Assembly (NCBI GenBank): GCA_020201435.1
Contig: JAIVGS010000190.1
Location: forward strand, 1-59,163
Reading direction: 5' to 3'
From: Myxococcales bacterium
Lineage (GTDB): Bacteria > Myxococcota > Myxococcia > Myxococcales > 40CM-4-68-19
Length of the DNA stretch: 59,163 nt
The notes under the pieces are model-generated. The model did no database searches and was not told the origin of the DNA. It worked only from the letters and a program-made list of their open reading frames with translations. Positions within the stretch are counted from its first letter, which is position 1; every line of letters starts with the position of its first letter. Positions 36,649 to 48,242 of the stretch are shown piece after piece. A program made the translations under genes and the position numbers.

Positions 36649-38435
36649 TCGTCCTTCTTGAAGACGCCCGCGATGGCGGTCTTCACCGTCTCCGCGATCA
36701 TGTGCTTCGCCTCCGGATCGCCCTTCGCCACCGACTTCGCGTACGCCATCGCCTCCTTCAGCGTAACGTGCGGGGGCATCATCGGGAACTCGGGATCGAC
36801 GACCGCCTCGACGAGCACCGGCCGATCCGCTTTCAGCGCGACGTCCCAGGTCTTCGCCACGTCTTCCGGGCGATCGCAGCGCAGGCCCATAAGACCGATC
36901 GACTCCGCATACTGAGCGTAGGGGAAGTCGGGAATCTCCTGCGACCCGTCGAACTTCGGCTCGCCCGACTGCGCGCGCAGCTCCCAAGTCACCATGTTGA
37001 GATCGCGGTTGTTCAGGACCAGCACCACGAACCGCGGGTCTTTCCAGTCCTTCCAGTACTTCCCGACGGTGATCAAGACATTCATGCCGTTCATCTGCAT
37101 CGCGCCGTCGCCGACCAGCGCGAACACCGGCCGGTCGGGATAGGCGAACTTCGCCGCCACCGCGTACGGCATTCCCGGCCCCATCGTCGCCAGGTTGCCG
37201 GACAGCGACCCCATCATCCCTTTACGGAAATCGAGAAAGCGCGCGTACCAGGTCGCCGTCGAGCCCGAGTCGGCAGTGAAGATCGACATCTCCGGCAGCC
37301 GCTTGTTCAGCTCCCAGAAGACGTACGCGGGATTGAGCGGCTTCGCCTCGACGTGCGCGTGGGCCTCGAGCACCTGGCGCCACTCGCGGATCCCGTCGTC
37401 GATCTTCTGCCGCCAGGACCGATCCTTCTTCCGCTTGAGGTACGGAAGCAGCGCGCGCAGCGTCTCGGTTGCGTCGCCGTGGAGCGCGACCTCCATCGGG
37501 TACCGGATGCCGAGCATGCCGCCCGCGAGATCGATCTGAACGCCGCGCGCCTGCCCTTCCTTGGGCAGGAACTCGGAGTACGGAAACGACGATCCGACCA
37601 TGAACAGCGTGTCGCAACCAGCCATCATCTCGTAGCTCGGCTTGGTGCCGAGGAGGCCGATCGAGCCCGTGACGCCGGGGGTTTCGTCCGGCAGCACCGC
37701 CTTGCCGAGGAGCGCCTTCGCGACGCCCGCGCCCAGCACGTCGGCGACCTGCACCACCTCGTCGGCCGCCCGCATGCATCCCGCCCCGACGAGCATCGCG
37801 ACCTTGGAACCCGCGTTCAAAACTTCTGCCGCCCGTTTCAAGTCCGCGTCGCGCGGAACGACGCGCGGCGCGCTGTACCCGACGCTGGAGTGGATCGTGT
37901 TGTGCAAGTGCTCCTGCTGCTCGACCGCCTTCTCCTCCTGGATGTCCTTGGGAAAGATCACGCACGTCACGCAGCGCTCGGCGAGCGCGATGCGGAACGC
38001 GCGATCGATCGCGTGCCGCGCGGCGGACGGAGTTGTAACGGTCGTTATGAAATTATGACAGACGTCCTTGAACAGGTTCTGGAGGTCCACTTCCTGCTGG
38101 TACGCGCCGCCCAGCGCGGTGGTCGCCGACTGCCCGACGATCGCCACCACCGGCTGATGATCCATCGCCGCGTCGTACAACCCGTTCAACAAGTGGATCG
38201 CGCCCGGCCCCGACGTCGCGAGGCAGACGCCGACGTCGCCGGTGAATTTTGCATGCGCCCCCGCCATGAAGGCGGCGAGCTCCTCGTGCCGCGCCTGGAT
38301 GAACCGCGGCTCGTTCCCGGCGTGCTCGAAGGCCGCCATGATCCCGTTGATGCCGTCGCCCGGGTACCCGAACACCCGCTGCACACCCCAGGACTTGAGA
38401 CGTTCGACTACGAAATCGCCGACACTCTTCGCCAT
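36645..38435 (-). CDS. thiamine-diphosphate enzyme, pyruvate oxidase/PoxB-like
   Basis: 596 aa. The N-terminal Pyr domain GYPGDGINGI..RHEELAAFMAGAHAKFTG..ATSGPGAIHLLNGLYDA is colinear with my recollection of E. coli PoxB. The TPP-binding motif is GDGAMQMNGMN..NN. Confidence 0.88.
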   Translation of the reverse strand: MAKSVGDFVVERLKSWGVQRVFGYPGDGINGIMAAFEHAGNEPRFIQARHEELAAFMAGAHAKFTGDVGVCLATSGPGAIHLLNGLYDAAMDHQPVVAIVGQSATTALGGAYQQEVDLQNLFKDVCHNFITTVTTPSAARHAIDRAFRIALAERCVTCVIFPKDIQEEKAVEQQEHLHNTIHSSVGYSAPRVVPRDADLKRAAEVLNAGSKVAMLVGAGCMRAADEVVQVADVLGAGVAKALLGKAVLPDETPGVTGSIGLLGTKPSYEMMAGCDTLFMVGSSFPYSEFLPKEGQARGVQIDLAGGMLGIRYPMEVALHGDATETLRALLPYLKRKKDRSWRQKIDDGIREWRQVLEAHAHVEAKPLNPAYVFWELNKRLPEMSIFTADSGSTATWYARFLDFRKGMMGSLSGNLATMGPGMPYAVAAKFAYPDRPVFALVGDGAMQMNGMNVLITVGKYWKDWKDPRFVVLVLNNRDLNMVTWELRAQSGEPKFDGSQEIPDFPYAQYAESIGLMGLRCDRPEDVAKTWDVALKADRPVLVEAVVDPEFPMMPPHVTLKEAMAYAKSVAKGDPEAKHMIAETVKTAIAGVFKKDE

Positions 38436-38666
38436 ACGTAGACCCCCGCGTCACAGTAGTTACCTGCCACCGCTCTGACACGGAGCGACGCAGCGCTTGC
38501 CAACTTCCTCGATCTTTGCTCTGCATCCTGCCGTCCCTCGCGCTCGAACGGCGAACGAGGACGCAGGACCTGCGACGTTCCGTCGCGCGACAAGTCGATC
38601 CCAGCTGCGCGAAAACTCTTCGGCTACCGCTCGGCCGCTGGCCGGGCATCCCACGATGAACCAGGC

Positions 38667-39313
38667 ATGAGCTCTCTCTTCAAGCCGTCGTCCAACACCC
38701 GCTTCCGGATGGCGCTGGTCGCGCTCGCGGTGCTCTTCGGCGGCGGCCTGATCGCGGGGCCGATGATCTACGTCCGCACCCCCTACTACCAGCAGATGCA
38801 GGACCCGATCGATCAGCCGGTGCAGTTCGATCACCGACACCACGTCGGCGACGAAGGCATCGATTGCCGCTACTGCCATTACCTGGTCGAGAAGTCCCCG
38901 AACGCCGGCGTACCTCCGACTTCGGTCTGCCTCAACTGCCACGCGCAGATCTGGAACAAGAGCCCCAAGCTCGCGCCGGTGCGCGAGGCGTACTTCGCCG
39001 ACCGGCCGATCGTCTGGAACAAGGTCAACAAGCTTCCGCACTTCGTCTACTTCAACCATTCGATCCACGTGAAGCAGGGCGTCGGCTGCGTCACCTGCCA
39101 CGGCCGCATCGACGAGATGCCCGCGGTCGAAAAAGGCGAGCCGCTGACGATGGGCTGGTGCCTCGACTGCCACCGCGCGCCGGAAAAATTTCTCCGGCCG
39201 CGGGATCAGGTCACCAACATGACCTGGAAGCCGAAAGATCAACTCGAGATCGGGCGCGCGCTCAAAGAGCAGTACCACGTGCAGACACGGGTTTCGTGCA
39301 CCACATGCCATCG

Positions 39314-39317
<4 letters not shown>
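38667..39317 (+). CDS. actA: alternative complex III subunit ActA (pentahaem cytochrome c)
   Basis: 216 aa with an N-terminal TM anchor. Five CxxCH motifs: CRYCH, CLNCH, CVTCH, CLDCH, CTTCH. Confidence 0.9.
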
Positions 39318-42217
<2,900 letters not shown>

Positions 42218-42218
42218 C

Positions 42219-43631
42219 ATGGCAGAGAACGCTGCGATCTACGCGCTCCGCGGCACCGCGCTGATCGAGGGCCAACAGGACGACGGCACCCTCAACAAGA
42301 CGCTGCTCGATTTCATCTGGCAGAGAGCGCGCCCCGGCTGGCTCTTCCTCCTCGCCATCGGCCTCGCGCTCACCGGACTGCTCTTCGCCGCGATCACCGT
42401 CACGCTCGCGATCGGCATCGGGATGTGGGGCAACAACATCCCGGTCGCCTGGGCGTTCGGGATCATCAACTTCGTCTGGTGGATCGGCATCGGCCACGCG
42501 GGCACGCTGATCAGCGCCATCCTGCTGCTGTTCCAGCAGAAGTGGCGCACCAGCATCAACCGCTTCGCGGAAGCGATGACGCTCTTCGCGGTGTTGCAGG
42601 CCGCGCTCTTCCCGGTGCTGCACACCGGGCGGCCCTGGTTCGCGATCTACTGGCTGTTCCCGTACCCGTCGACGCTGAAGATCTGGCCGCAGTTCAAGAG
42701 CCCGTTGATGTGGGACGTCTTCGCGGTCTCGACGTACTTCATCACCTCGCTGCTGTTCTGGTACCTGGGGCTGCTGCCGGACCTCGCCGCGCTGCGCGAT
42801 TCGTCCTCGAGCCGCCGGTCGCGAATCGTCTACGGCATCTTCGCGCTCGGCTGGCGCGGCTCGGCACGCCACTGGCACCACTACAAGATCGCGTACCTGC
42901 TGCTCGCCGGCCTCGCGACGCCGCTGGTGCTCTCGGTGCACACCATCGTGTCGTGGGACTTCGCGCTGTCGATCGTGCCCGGCTGGCACACGACGATCTT
43001 CCCGCCCTACTTCGTCGCCGGCGCGGTCTTCTCGGGCTTCGCGATGGTGCTCACGCTGATCATCCCCGCGCGCCGGTTCATGCACTTCAAGCACGTCGTC
43101 ACGCTGCGCCATCTCGACTCGATGGCGAAGGTGATGCTCTGCACCGGCTTGATCGTCGCCTACGGCTACATCATGGAGCACTTCGCCGCCTGGTACAGCG
43201 GCAACGTCTACGAGCAGCACGTCTTCTTCTTCACCCGGCCGCGCGGGCCGATGGCGTGGGCCTACTACCTGCAGATGTTCTGCAACGTCCTGGTGCCGCA
43301 GGTCTTCTGGCTGCGCTGGGCGCGCCGCAACATCGCGGTCCTCTGGATCGGCTCGGTGCTGGTCAACGTCGGCATGTGGTTCGAGCGCTTCAACATCATC
43401 GTCACTTCGCTGCACCAGGATTTCATCCCCTCGAACTGGGCGATGTACTACCCGACCTGGGTCGACCTGTCGCTGCTGGCGGGGACGATCGGATTCTTCG
43501 GCACCCTGTTCCTGTTGTTCCTCAAGTTCGTCCCGGCGATCGCGCTCTCCGAGATCAAAGAGCTGCGGCACGAGATGGCGGAAGGCGCATTGGATTACCA
43601 GCCCACCGAGATGGAGGGTGCGAAGCCATGA
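42219..43631 (+). CDS. actC: alternative complex III subunit ActC (NrfD/PsrC-like membrane quinol-binding subunit)
   Basis: 470 aa polytopic membrane protein with NrfD-like sequence ([31 protein letters not shown]). Confidence 0.9.
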   Translation: MAENAAIYALRGTALIEGQQDDGTLNKTLLDFIWQRARPGWLFLLAIGLALTGLLFAAITVTLAIGIGMWGNNIPVAWAFGIINFVWWIGIGHAGTLISAILLLFQQKWRTSINRFAEAMTLFAVLQAALFPVLHTGRPWFAIYWLFPYPSTLKIWPQFKSPLMWDVFAVSTYFITSLLFWYLGLLPDLAALRDSSSSRRSRIVYGIFALGWRGSARHWHHYKIAYLLLAGLATPLVLSVHTIVSWDFALSIVPGWHTTIFPPYFVAGAVFSGFAMVLTLIIPARRFMHFKHVVTLRHLDSMAKVMLCTGLIVAYGYIMEHFAAWYSGNVYEQHVFFFTRPRGPMAWAYYLQMFCNVLVPQVFWLRWARRNIAVLWIGSVLVNVGMWFERFNIIVTSLHQDFIPSNWAMYYPTWVDLSLLAGTIGFFGTLFLLFLKFVPAIALSEIKELRHEMAEGALDYQPTEMEGAKP

Positions 43632-44158
43632 GGCGCTTCGTCCTCGGCGAATTCTCCGAGCCGGCGGCGTGCGTCGAAGCGGCGCGCAAGCTGCACGCGG
43701 AGGGCGTTCCCGGTCTCGACGCGTACTCGCCGTATCCGATGCACGGGATCGACGAGGCGCTCGAGTTGCCGCGCAGCAGGGTGCCGCTGATCGCGCTCAC
43801 CGGCGGCGTGCTCGGCGCGTCGGGCGGCTACGCGATGCAGTGGTGGATGAACTCGGTGAACTACTCGATCAACGTCGGCAACCGACCGCCCCATGGGTTC
43901 TGGACCAACATCCCGATCACATTCGAGAGCGGCGTGCTGATCTCGGTGCTCTCGATCTTCTTCAGCTCGATCTTCTATTTCTTCAAGCTGCCGCGCACCT
44001 ACCACCCGGTCTTCGAGTCCGAGAAGTTCCGCACCGCTTCGCTCGACAAGTTCTGGCTCAGCGCCGAAACCGAAGATCAGGACCAGGTGTCCTCGCTCGA
44101 AGCCAGATTCCGCTCCGCCGGCGCCCTGCGCGTCCACACCGTGGTGGAGCAAGTATGA
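43628..44158 (+). CDS. actD: alternative complex III subunit ActD (DUF3341)
   Basis: In-frame part of ORF 42425..44158. ATGA overlap with act[36 protein letters not shown] plus two TM helices is the DUF3341 pattern. Confidence 0.85.
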   Translation: MRRFVLGEFSEPAACVEAARKLHAEGVPGLDAYSPYPMHGIDEALELPRSRVPLIALTGGVLGASGGYAMQWWMNSVNYSINVGNRPPHGFWTNIPITFESGVLISVLSIFFSSIFYFFKLPRTYHPVFESEKFRTASLDKFWLSAETEDQDQVSSLEARFRSAGALRVHTVVEQV

Positions 44159-44841
44159 ACGAACTGCAACTGCACACCGCGAAGGCGCGAAGGCGCGAAG
44201 TTTTTTCGCGCTGTGCTCGCAGCGGCGCTTTGTCCGCCAACCCCAACCCCTTCGCGCCTTCGCGCCTTCGCGGGGGGCTTTTGCTCTTGCTTTTCAGCGC
44301 GGCGTGCGGGGACACGACCTTGTTCGACCCCATGGAGAGGCAGCCGAAGTTCAGGGCCTTCTCCGCCAACTCCCTCTACGAAGACGGCCGCGCGATGCGG
44401 CAGCCGCCCGCCGGCACGGTGCCGCGCGAAGCGATCACGATGCGACCGGAGATCACCACCGCCGCCGACCGGAAGGGCGCCGTGATCGACACGATCCCGA
44501 TCTCCGTCACTCGCGAGCTGATGGACGCCGGCCGCACCAGGTTCGAGATCCACTGCGCGCCCTGCCACGGCCTGCTCGGCGACGGCGTGAGCCCGGTCGC
44601 GACGCAGATGTCGCTCCGCCCGCCGCCGAACCTGCACAAGATCCGCAACCCGAGCCCCGGCCACGTCTTCCAGGTGATCAGCCTCGGCTTCGGCCTGATG
44701 CCCTCCTACGCGCCGCAGCTCACCGCCGAGGAACGCTGGGCGATCGTCGCGTACGTCGAGGCGCTGCGCCGCAGCCAGTCGGCGATGCTCGCCGAGGCGC
44801 CCCCGGACATCCAGAAGAAGCTGCGCGAGGAGCCGCAATGA
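44155..44841 (+). CDS. actE: alternative complex III subunit ActE (monohaem cytochrome c lipoprotein)
   Basis: In-frame part of ORF 43618..44841. ATGA overlap with actD. Lipobox LFSAAC and one haem motif CAPCH. The first ~40 codons are occupied by a palindromic repeat element (see findings). Confidence 0.78.
   Translation: MNELQLHTAKARRREVFSRCARSGALSANPNPFAPSRLRGGLLLLLFSAACGDTTLFDPMERQPKFRAFSANSLYEDGRAMRQPPAGTVPREAITMRPEITTAADRKGAVIDTIPISVTRELMDAGRTRFEIHCAPCHGLLGDGVSPVATQMSLRPPPNLHKIRNPSPGHVFQVISLGFGLMPSYAPQLTAEERWAIVAYVEALRRSQSAMLAEAPPDIQKKLREEPQ
44162..44273. repeat. palindromic GCGAAGG-unit repeat element, copy 2 (inside actE 5' end)
   Basis: AACTGCAACTGCACACCGCGAAGGCGCGAAGGCGCGAAG ... 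CCTTCGCGCCTTCGCGCCTTCGCGG. The arms at 44175..44200 and 44249..44273 are inverted complements. Its ends match copy 1 at 17256..17357. Confidence 0.8.
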
Positions 44842-46052
44842 GCCACGAGGCCGCGCCGCTTCCCGACGCCAACCTGCCGCCCTTCGACGGCGGCCGCCTG
44901 TTGATGCTCGGCGCCGCGATCGCCGGCGCGGCCGGGCTGCTCCTGACGCTGCTCGGCGGGTTCTTCAATGCGCGGGCCGCCCTGCTCGCCTACCTGGTCG
45001 CGTTCGTCTTCTGGCTCGGCCTCGCCATCGGCGCCGCCTCGCTGGTGATGGCCAACTACGCGGCGGGCGCGCACTGGAACGTGACCGTCCGCCGGCTCGG
45101 CGAGCACGTCGCGGCGATCGTCCCGATCTTCGTCCTCCTCTTCCTTCCGCTGTTCCTCGGCGCCCGCTACATCTGGTTCTGGGTCGCGCCGCAGGAGCCG
45201 ATCAGCAAGGAAACGCTCGAGCTGCTCGCGCACAAGCGCATCTACCTCAACATGACCTCGTTCATCTGGCGCGCGGTCGCGTACTTCGCGATCTGGATCG
45301 GAATCGCGTGGCGGCTGCGCGCGGTTTCGCTCCAGCAGGACGAGAGCGGCGATCCGGCGTTGACGATCAGCGCGCGCCGCCTCTCCGCTCCCGGCCTGGT
45401 GCTCTTCATCCTCAGCTTCACCTTCGCGTCGTTCGACTGGCTGATGTCGCTGCAGCCCACCTGGTACTCGACGATCTTCGGCCTCTACGTCTACGCGGGA
45501 TCGTTCGTCGCCTCGCTCGCGCTGGTCTGCCTGGTGGTCACCGGCCTGCGTTCGAGCGAGGAGCCGTGGGGCAAGCTGATCTCGGTCGATCACCAGCACA
45601 ACCTCGGCAAGCTGCTGCTCGCCTTCACCGCCTTCTGGGCCTACATGGCCTTCTCGCAATACATGCTGATCTGGGCCGGCAACCTCCCCGAGGAGGTGCA
45701 ATGGATCGTCACCCGCAGCCGCGGCGCGTGGCGGCCGGTCGGGCAGCTGATCCTCTTCGGACAGTTCGTCGTCCCGTTCTTCCTCCTGCTTTCGCGCGAC
45801 CTGAAGCGCAGCCCGCCCGCCCTCGCCGCGGTCGCGGTCTGGATCCTCTTCATCCACTACGTCGACGTGTACTGGATCGTGATGCCGGCGGCGTCCTTCG
45901 ATCGACTCGGCCTGCACTGGACGCACTTGACCGCGTTCGTCGGCGTCGGCGGTGTCTCGGTCGCTGCCTCGCTGTTCCTCCTCCGCGGGACCCGGCCGAT
46001 CCCGGTGCGCGATCCTTTCCTCTCCGATTCGCTGAGGTACGTGCAGCCGTGA
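44838..46052 (+). CDS. actF: alternative complex III subunit ActF (ActC-like membrane subunit)
   Basis: In-frame part of ORF 44304..46052. ATGA overlap with actE. 404-aa polytopic membrane protein. Confidence 0.85.
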   Translation: MSHEAAPLPDANLPPFDGGRLLMLGAAIAGAAGLLLTLLGGFFNARAALLAYLVAFVFWLGLAIGAASLVMANYAAGAHWNVTVRRLGEHVAAIVPIFVLLFLPLFLGARYIWFWVAPQEPISKETLELLAHKRIYLNMTSFIWRAVAYFAIWIGIAWRLRAVSLQQDESGDPALTISARRLSAPGLVLFILSFTFASFDWLMSLQPTWYSTIFGLYVYAGSFVASLALVCLVVTGLRSSEEPWGKLISVDHQHNLGKLLLAFTAFWAYMAFSQYMLIWAGNLPEEVQWIVTRSRGAWRPVGQLILFGQFVVPFFLLLSRDLKRSPPALAAVAVWILFIHYVDVYWIVMPAASFDRLGLHWTHLTAFVGVGGVSVAASLFLLRGTRPIPVRDPFLSDSLRYVQP

Positions 46053-46438
46053 GCCACGAGCCCTCACACGCAACCGAGCACATGTCTCCTCCGCCGGCGC
46101 AAGCCGAGGAGGGCATCAAGTGGAGCGCGGTCCTCGGCGTCGGCATCGGGTCGGTGGTCGTCTTCACGGTCGCGATCCTGATCGTCCTCAGGATGCTGCA
46201 CGCGCGCGAGAAGGCGTTGCAGCCGCTGGGTCCCGATCCGATGCCGCTGCAGATGGGGCAGACCGAGATCGGCATCGTCGACCAGACCCCGTTCGACGTG
46301 ACCCGCGCGCTGCAGAGCTATCGCAGCGATCGGATGCAGCGGCTCGAGACCTGGGGTTGGGTCGACCGCAGGGCCGGCACCGTGCACATGCCGATCGACA
46401 AGGCGATGGATCTCGTCGTCCAGGAGCAGCGCAAATGA
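46049..46438 (+). CDS. small single-pass membrane protein between act and cox genes
   Basis: In-frame part of ORF 45308..46438. GTG 46049 overlaps the actF stop as GTGA, with an alternative ATG at 46082. One TM helix (WSAVLGVGIGSVVVFTVAILIVL). Coupled on both sides. Confidence 0.6.
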   Translation: MSHEPSHATEHMSPPPAQAEEGIKWSAVLGVGIGSVVVFTVAILIVLRMLHAREKALQPLGPDPMPLQMGQTEIGIVDQTPFDVTRALQSYRSDRMQRLETWGWVDRRAGTVHMPIDKAMDLVVQEQRK

Positions 46439-47193
46439 TCGCGGCCCTCCTGCTCGCGGCCGCGGTGTCCGAGGCGGTCGACGTCGTCGAGAAGCTCGGC
46501 GAGCCCGTCGCCGATGCCCCGTTCATGGACACCGCGGCGAACCACGTGCAGCTGCGCGATCTCGCCGCGCGCGGCAAGCCGGTGGTCTTGACGCTGATCT
46601 ATTTCGACTGCCCGATGCTCTGCAGCCTCGTTCAGCAGGGAGTGATTCGGGCGCTGAACGAAACCGGCCTGAAGCTCGGCGAGGATTATTACGGCCTGAC
46701 CGTCTCTTTCTCGCCCAGGGACGTGATCGCCGAGGCGCGGCTGCGGCAGGGCGGATACCTCCAGACGCTGAAGAACGCCGCCCGGGCGCAGCCGTCCGAC
46801 TGGCCGTTTTTGACCGGCGGCGAGAAAGCCATTCGCGCGCTCGCCGATTCGGTCGGATTCCACTATCGCTGGGACGCCGAGGCGCAGCAGTTCGAGCACC
46901 CGGCGGTGAGCGTCGTCCTCGGCCCCGACGGAAAGATCTCCCGTTATCTGTACGGGATCGAGATCGCGCCGCGCGACATGAAGCTGGCGGTGCTCGAGGC
47001 CGCCCAGGGCCGCGCCGGCACCACGCTCGATCGCGTCCTCTTGCGGTGCTTCAAATACGACCCCGCCAGCCGCAAGTATCACTTCTACGTGATGGGCGCG
47101 CTGCGGATCGGCTCCGGCGCGTTCGCCGTCGCGCTCGTCGCGCTGCTCGGCGTCCTCTGGTGGCGGGAGCTGCACAAAGGGCGCACGGCATGA
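46435..47193 (+). CDS. SCO1/SenC copper chaperone
   Basis: In-frame part of ORF 46120..47193, with an ATGA overlap. Thioredoxin-like fold with the CPMLC motif and downstream His. C-terminal TM helix. Confidence 0.85.
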   Translation: MIAALLLAAAVSEAVDVVEKLGEPVADAPFMDTAANHVQLRDLAARGKPVVLTLIYFDCPMLCSLVQQGVIRALNETGLKLGEDYYGLTVSFSPRDVIAEARLRQGGYLQTLKNAARAQPSDWPFLTGGEKAIRALADSVGFHYRWDAEAQQFEHPAVSVVLGPDGKISRYLYGIEIAPRDMKLAVLEAAQGRAGTTLDRVLLRCFKYDPASRKYHFYVMGALRIGSGAFAVALVALLGVLWWRELHKGRTA

Positions 47194-48242
47194 ACGAGCT
47201 CCTGCGCCGACTGTTGTTCCTGCCCGACCAGGCGTCGACGTTCGCGCGGGACGTCGATCAGCTGCATTTCTTCGTCATCCTGACCACCTTCGTGATGTCG
47301 ACCGCGGTGGGAATGACCGCCGTCTTCTTCTTCATCCGCTACCGCCGCCGTTCCGAGACCCAGACCACGCCGCACATCGAGCCGCCGGCGTGGATGGAAG
47401 CGCTCTTCGTCACCGTGCCGCTGTCCTTCTTCCTGCTCTGGTTCTTCATGGGGTTCAGCGAGTTCGTCCGGCAGCAGACGCCGCCGTCGGACTCGATGGA
47501 CGTGTACGTGATGGCGAAGAAGTGGATGTGGAAGTTCGCCTACCCGGACGGGCCCAACGCGATCAACGTCCTGCGCGTTCCCGCCGGACGCAACGTTCGC
47601 CTGCTGATGACCTCGCGCGACGTGATCCATTCGTTCTACGTCCCGGAATTCCGGATCAAAAAGGACGTCTTGCCCGGCCGCTATACCGATCAATGGTTCA
47701 ACGCCCTCGAGCCGGGGCGTTACCAGATCCTCTGCGCCGAATATTGCGGCGCCGGCCACTCGATCATGCGCGGCGAAGTGATCGTGATGAAGCCGCAGGA
47801 CTACGAGGACTGGCTGGCGAGCGCGAAGCGCGGCCTCGCCTCCCGCCAGGACGGCGCGCCGACCTCGATCGATTTCGCGCCGCCGATCGGCAACCTGATC
47901 GAGCAGGGAAAACGGATCGCCGCCGAGCAGGGCTGTTTCAAATGCCATTCCACCGACGGCACGCGCCACATCGGCCCGACCTGGCTCGACCTCTACCACC
48001 GCCGCGAGAAGCTCAACGACGGCAAGCTGATCGACGCCGACGAGGCCTACCTGACGCGCTCGATGATGGATCCCGCGCTCGAGGTCGTCGACGGCTTCCA
48101 GCCGGTGATGCCGAGCTTCGAAGGAAGAGTCTCCGGGCCGGAAGTCGCCGCCCTCGTCGAATACATCAAGTCGCTGCAGAGCGACGCGGTCCGCACCGGA
48201 CCGTCGGAAGGACCCGCGTATGCGCCTGTCCGAAACCGATAG
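47190..48242 (+). CDS. ctaC: cytochrome c oxidase subunit II with fused cytochrome c domain (caa3 type)
   Basis: In-frame part of ORF 47046..48242. ATGA overlap with sco. CuA motif HSFYVPEF..CAEYCGAGHSIM. C-terminal haem c motif CFKCH. Confidence 0.9.
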   Translation: MNELLRRLLFLPDQASTFARDVDQLHFFVILTTFVMSTAVGMTAVFFFIRYRRRSETQTTPHIEPPAWMEALFVTVPLSFFLLWFFMGFSEFVRQQTPPSDSMDVYVMAKKWMWKFAYPDGPNAINVLRVPAGRNVRLLMTSRDVIHSFYVPEFRIKKDVLPGRYTDQWFNALEPGRYQILCAEYCGAGHSIMRGEVIVMKPQDYEDWLASAKRGLASRQDGAPTSIDFAPPIGNLIEQGKRIAAEQGCFKCHSTDGTRHIGPTWLDLYHRREKLNDGKLIDADEAYLTRSMMDPALEVVDGFQPVMPSFEGRVSGPEVAALVEYIKSLQSDAVRTGPSEGPAYAPVRNR

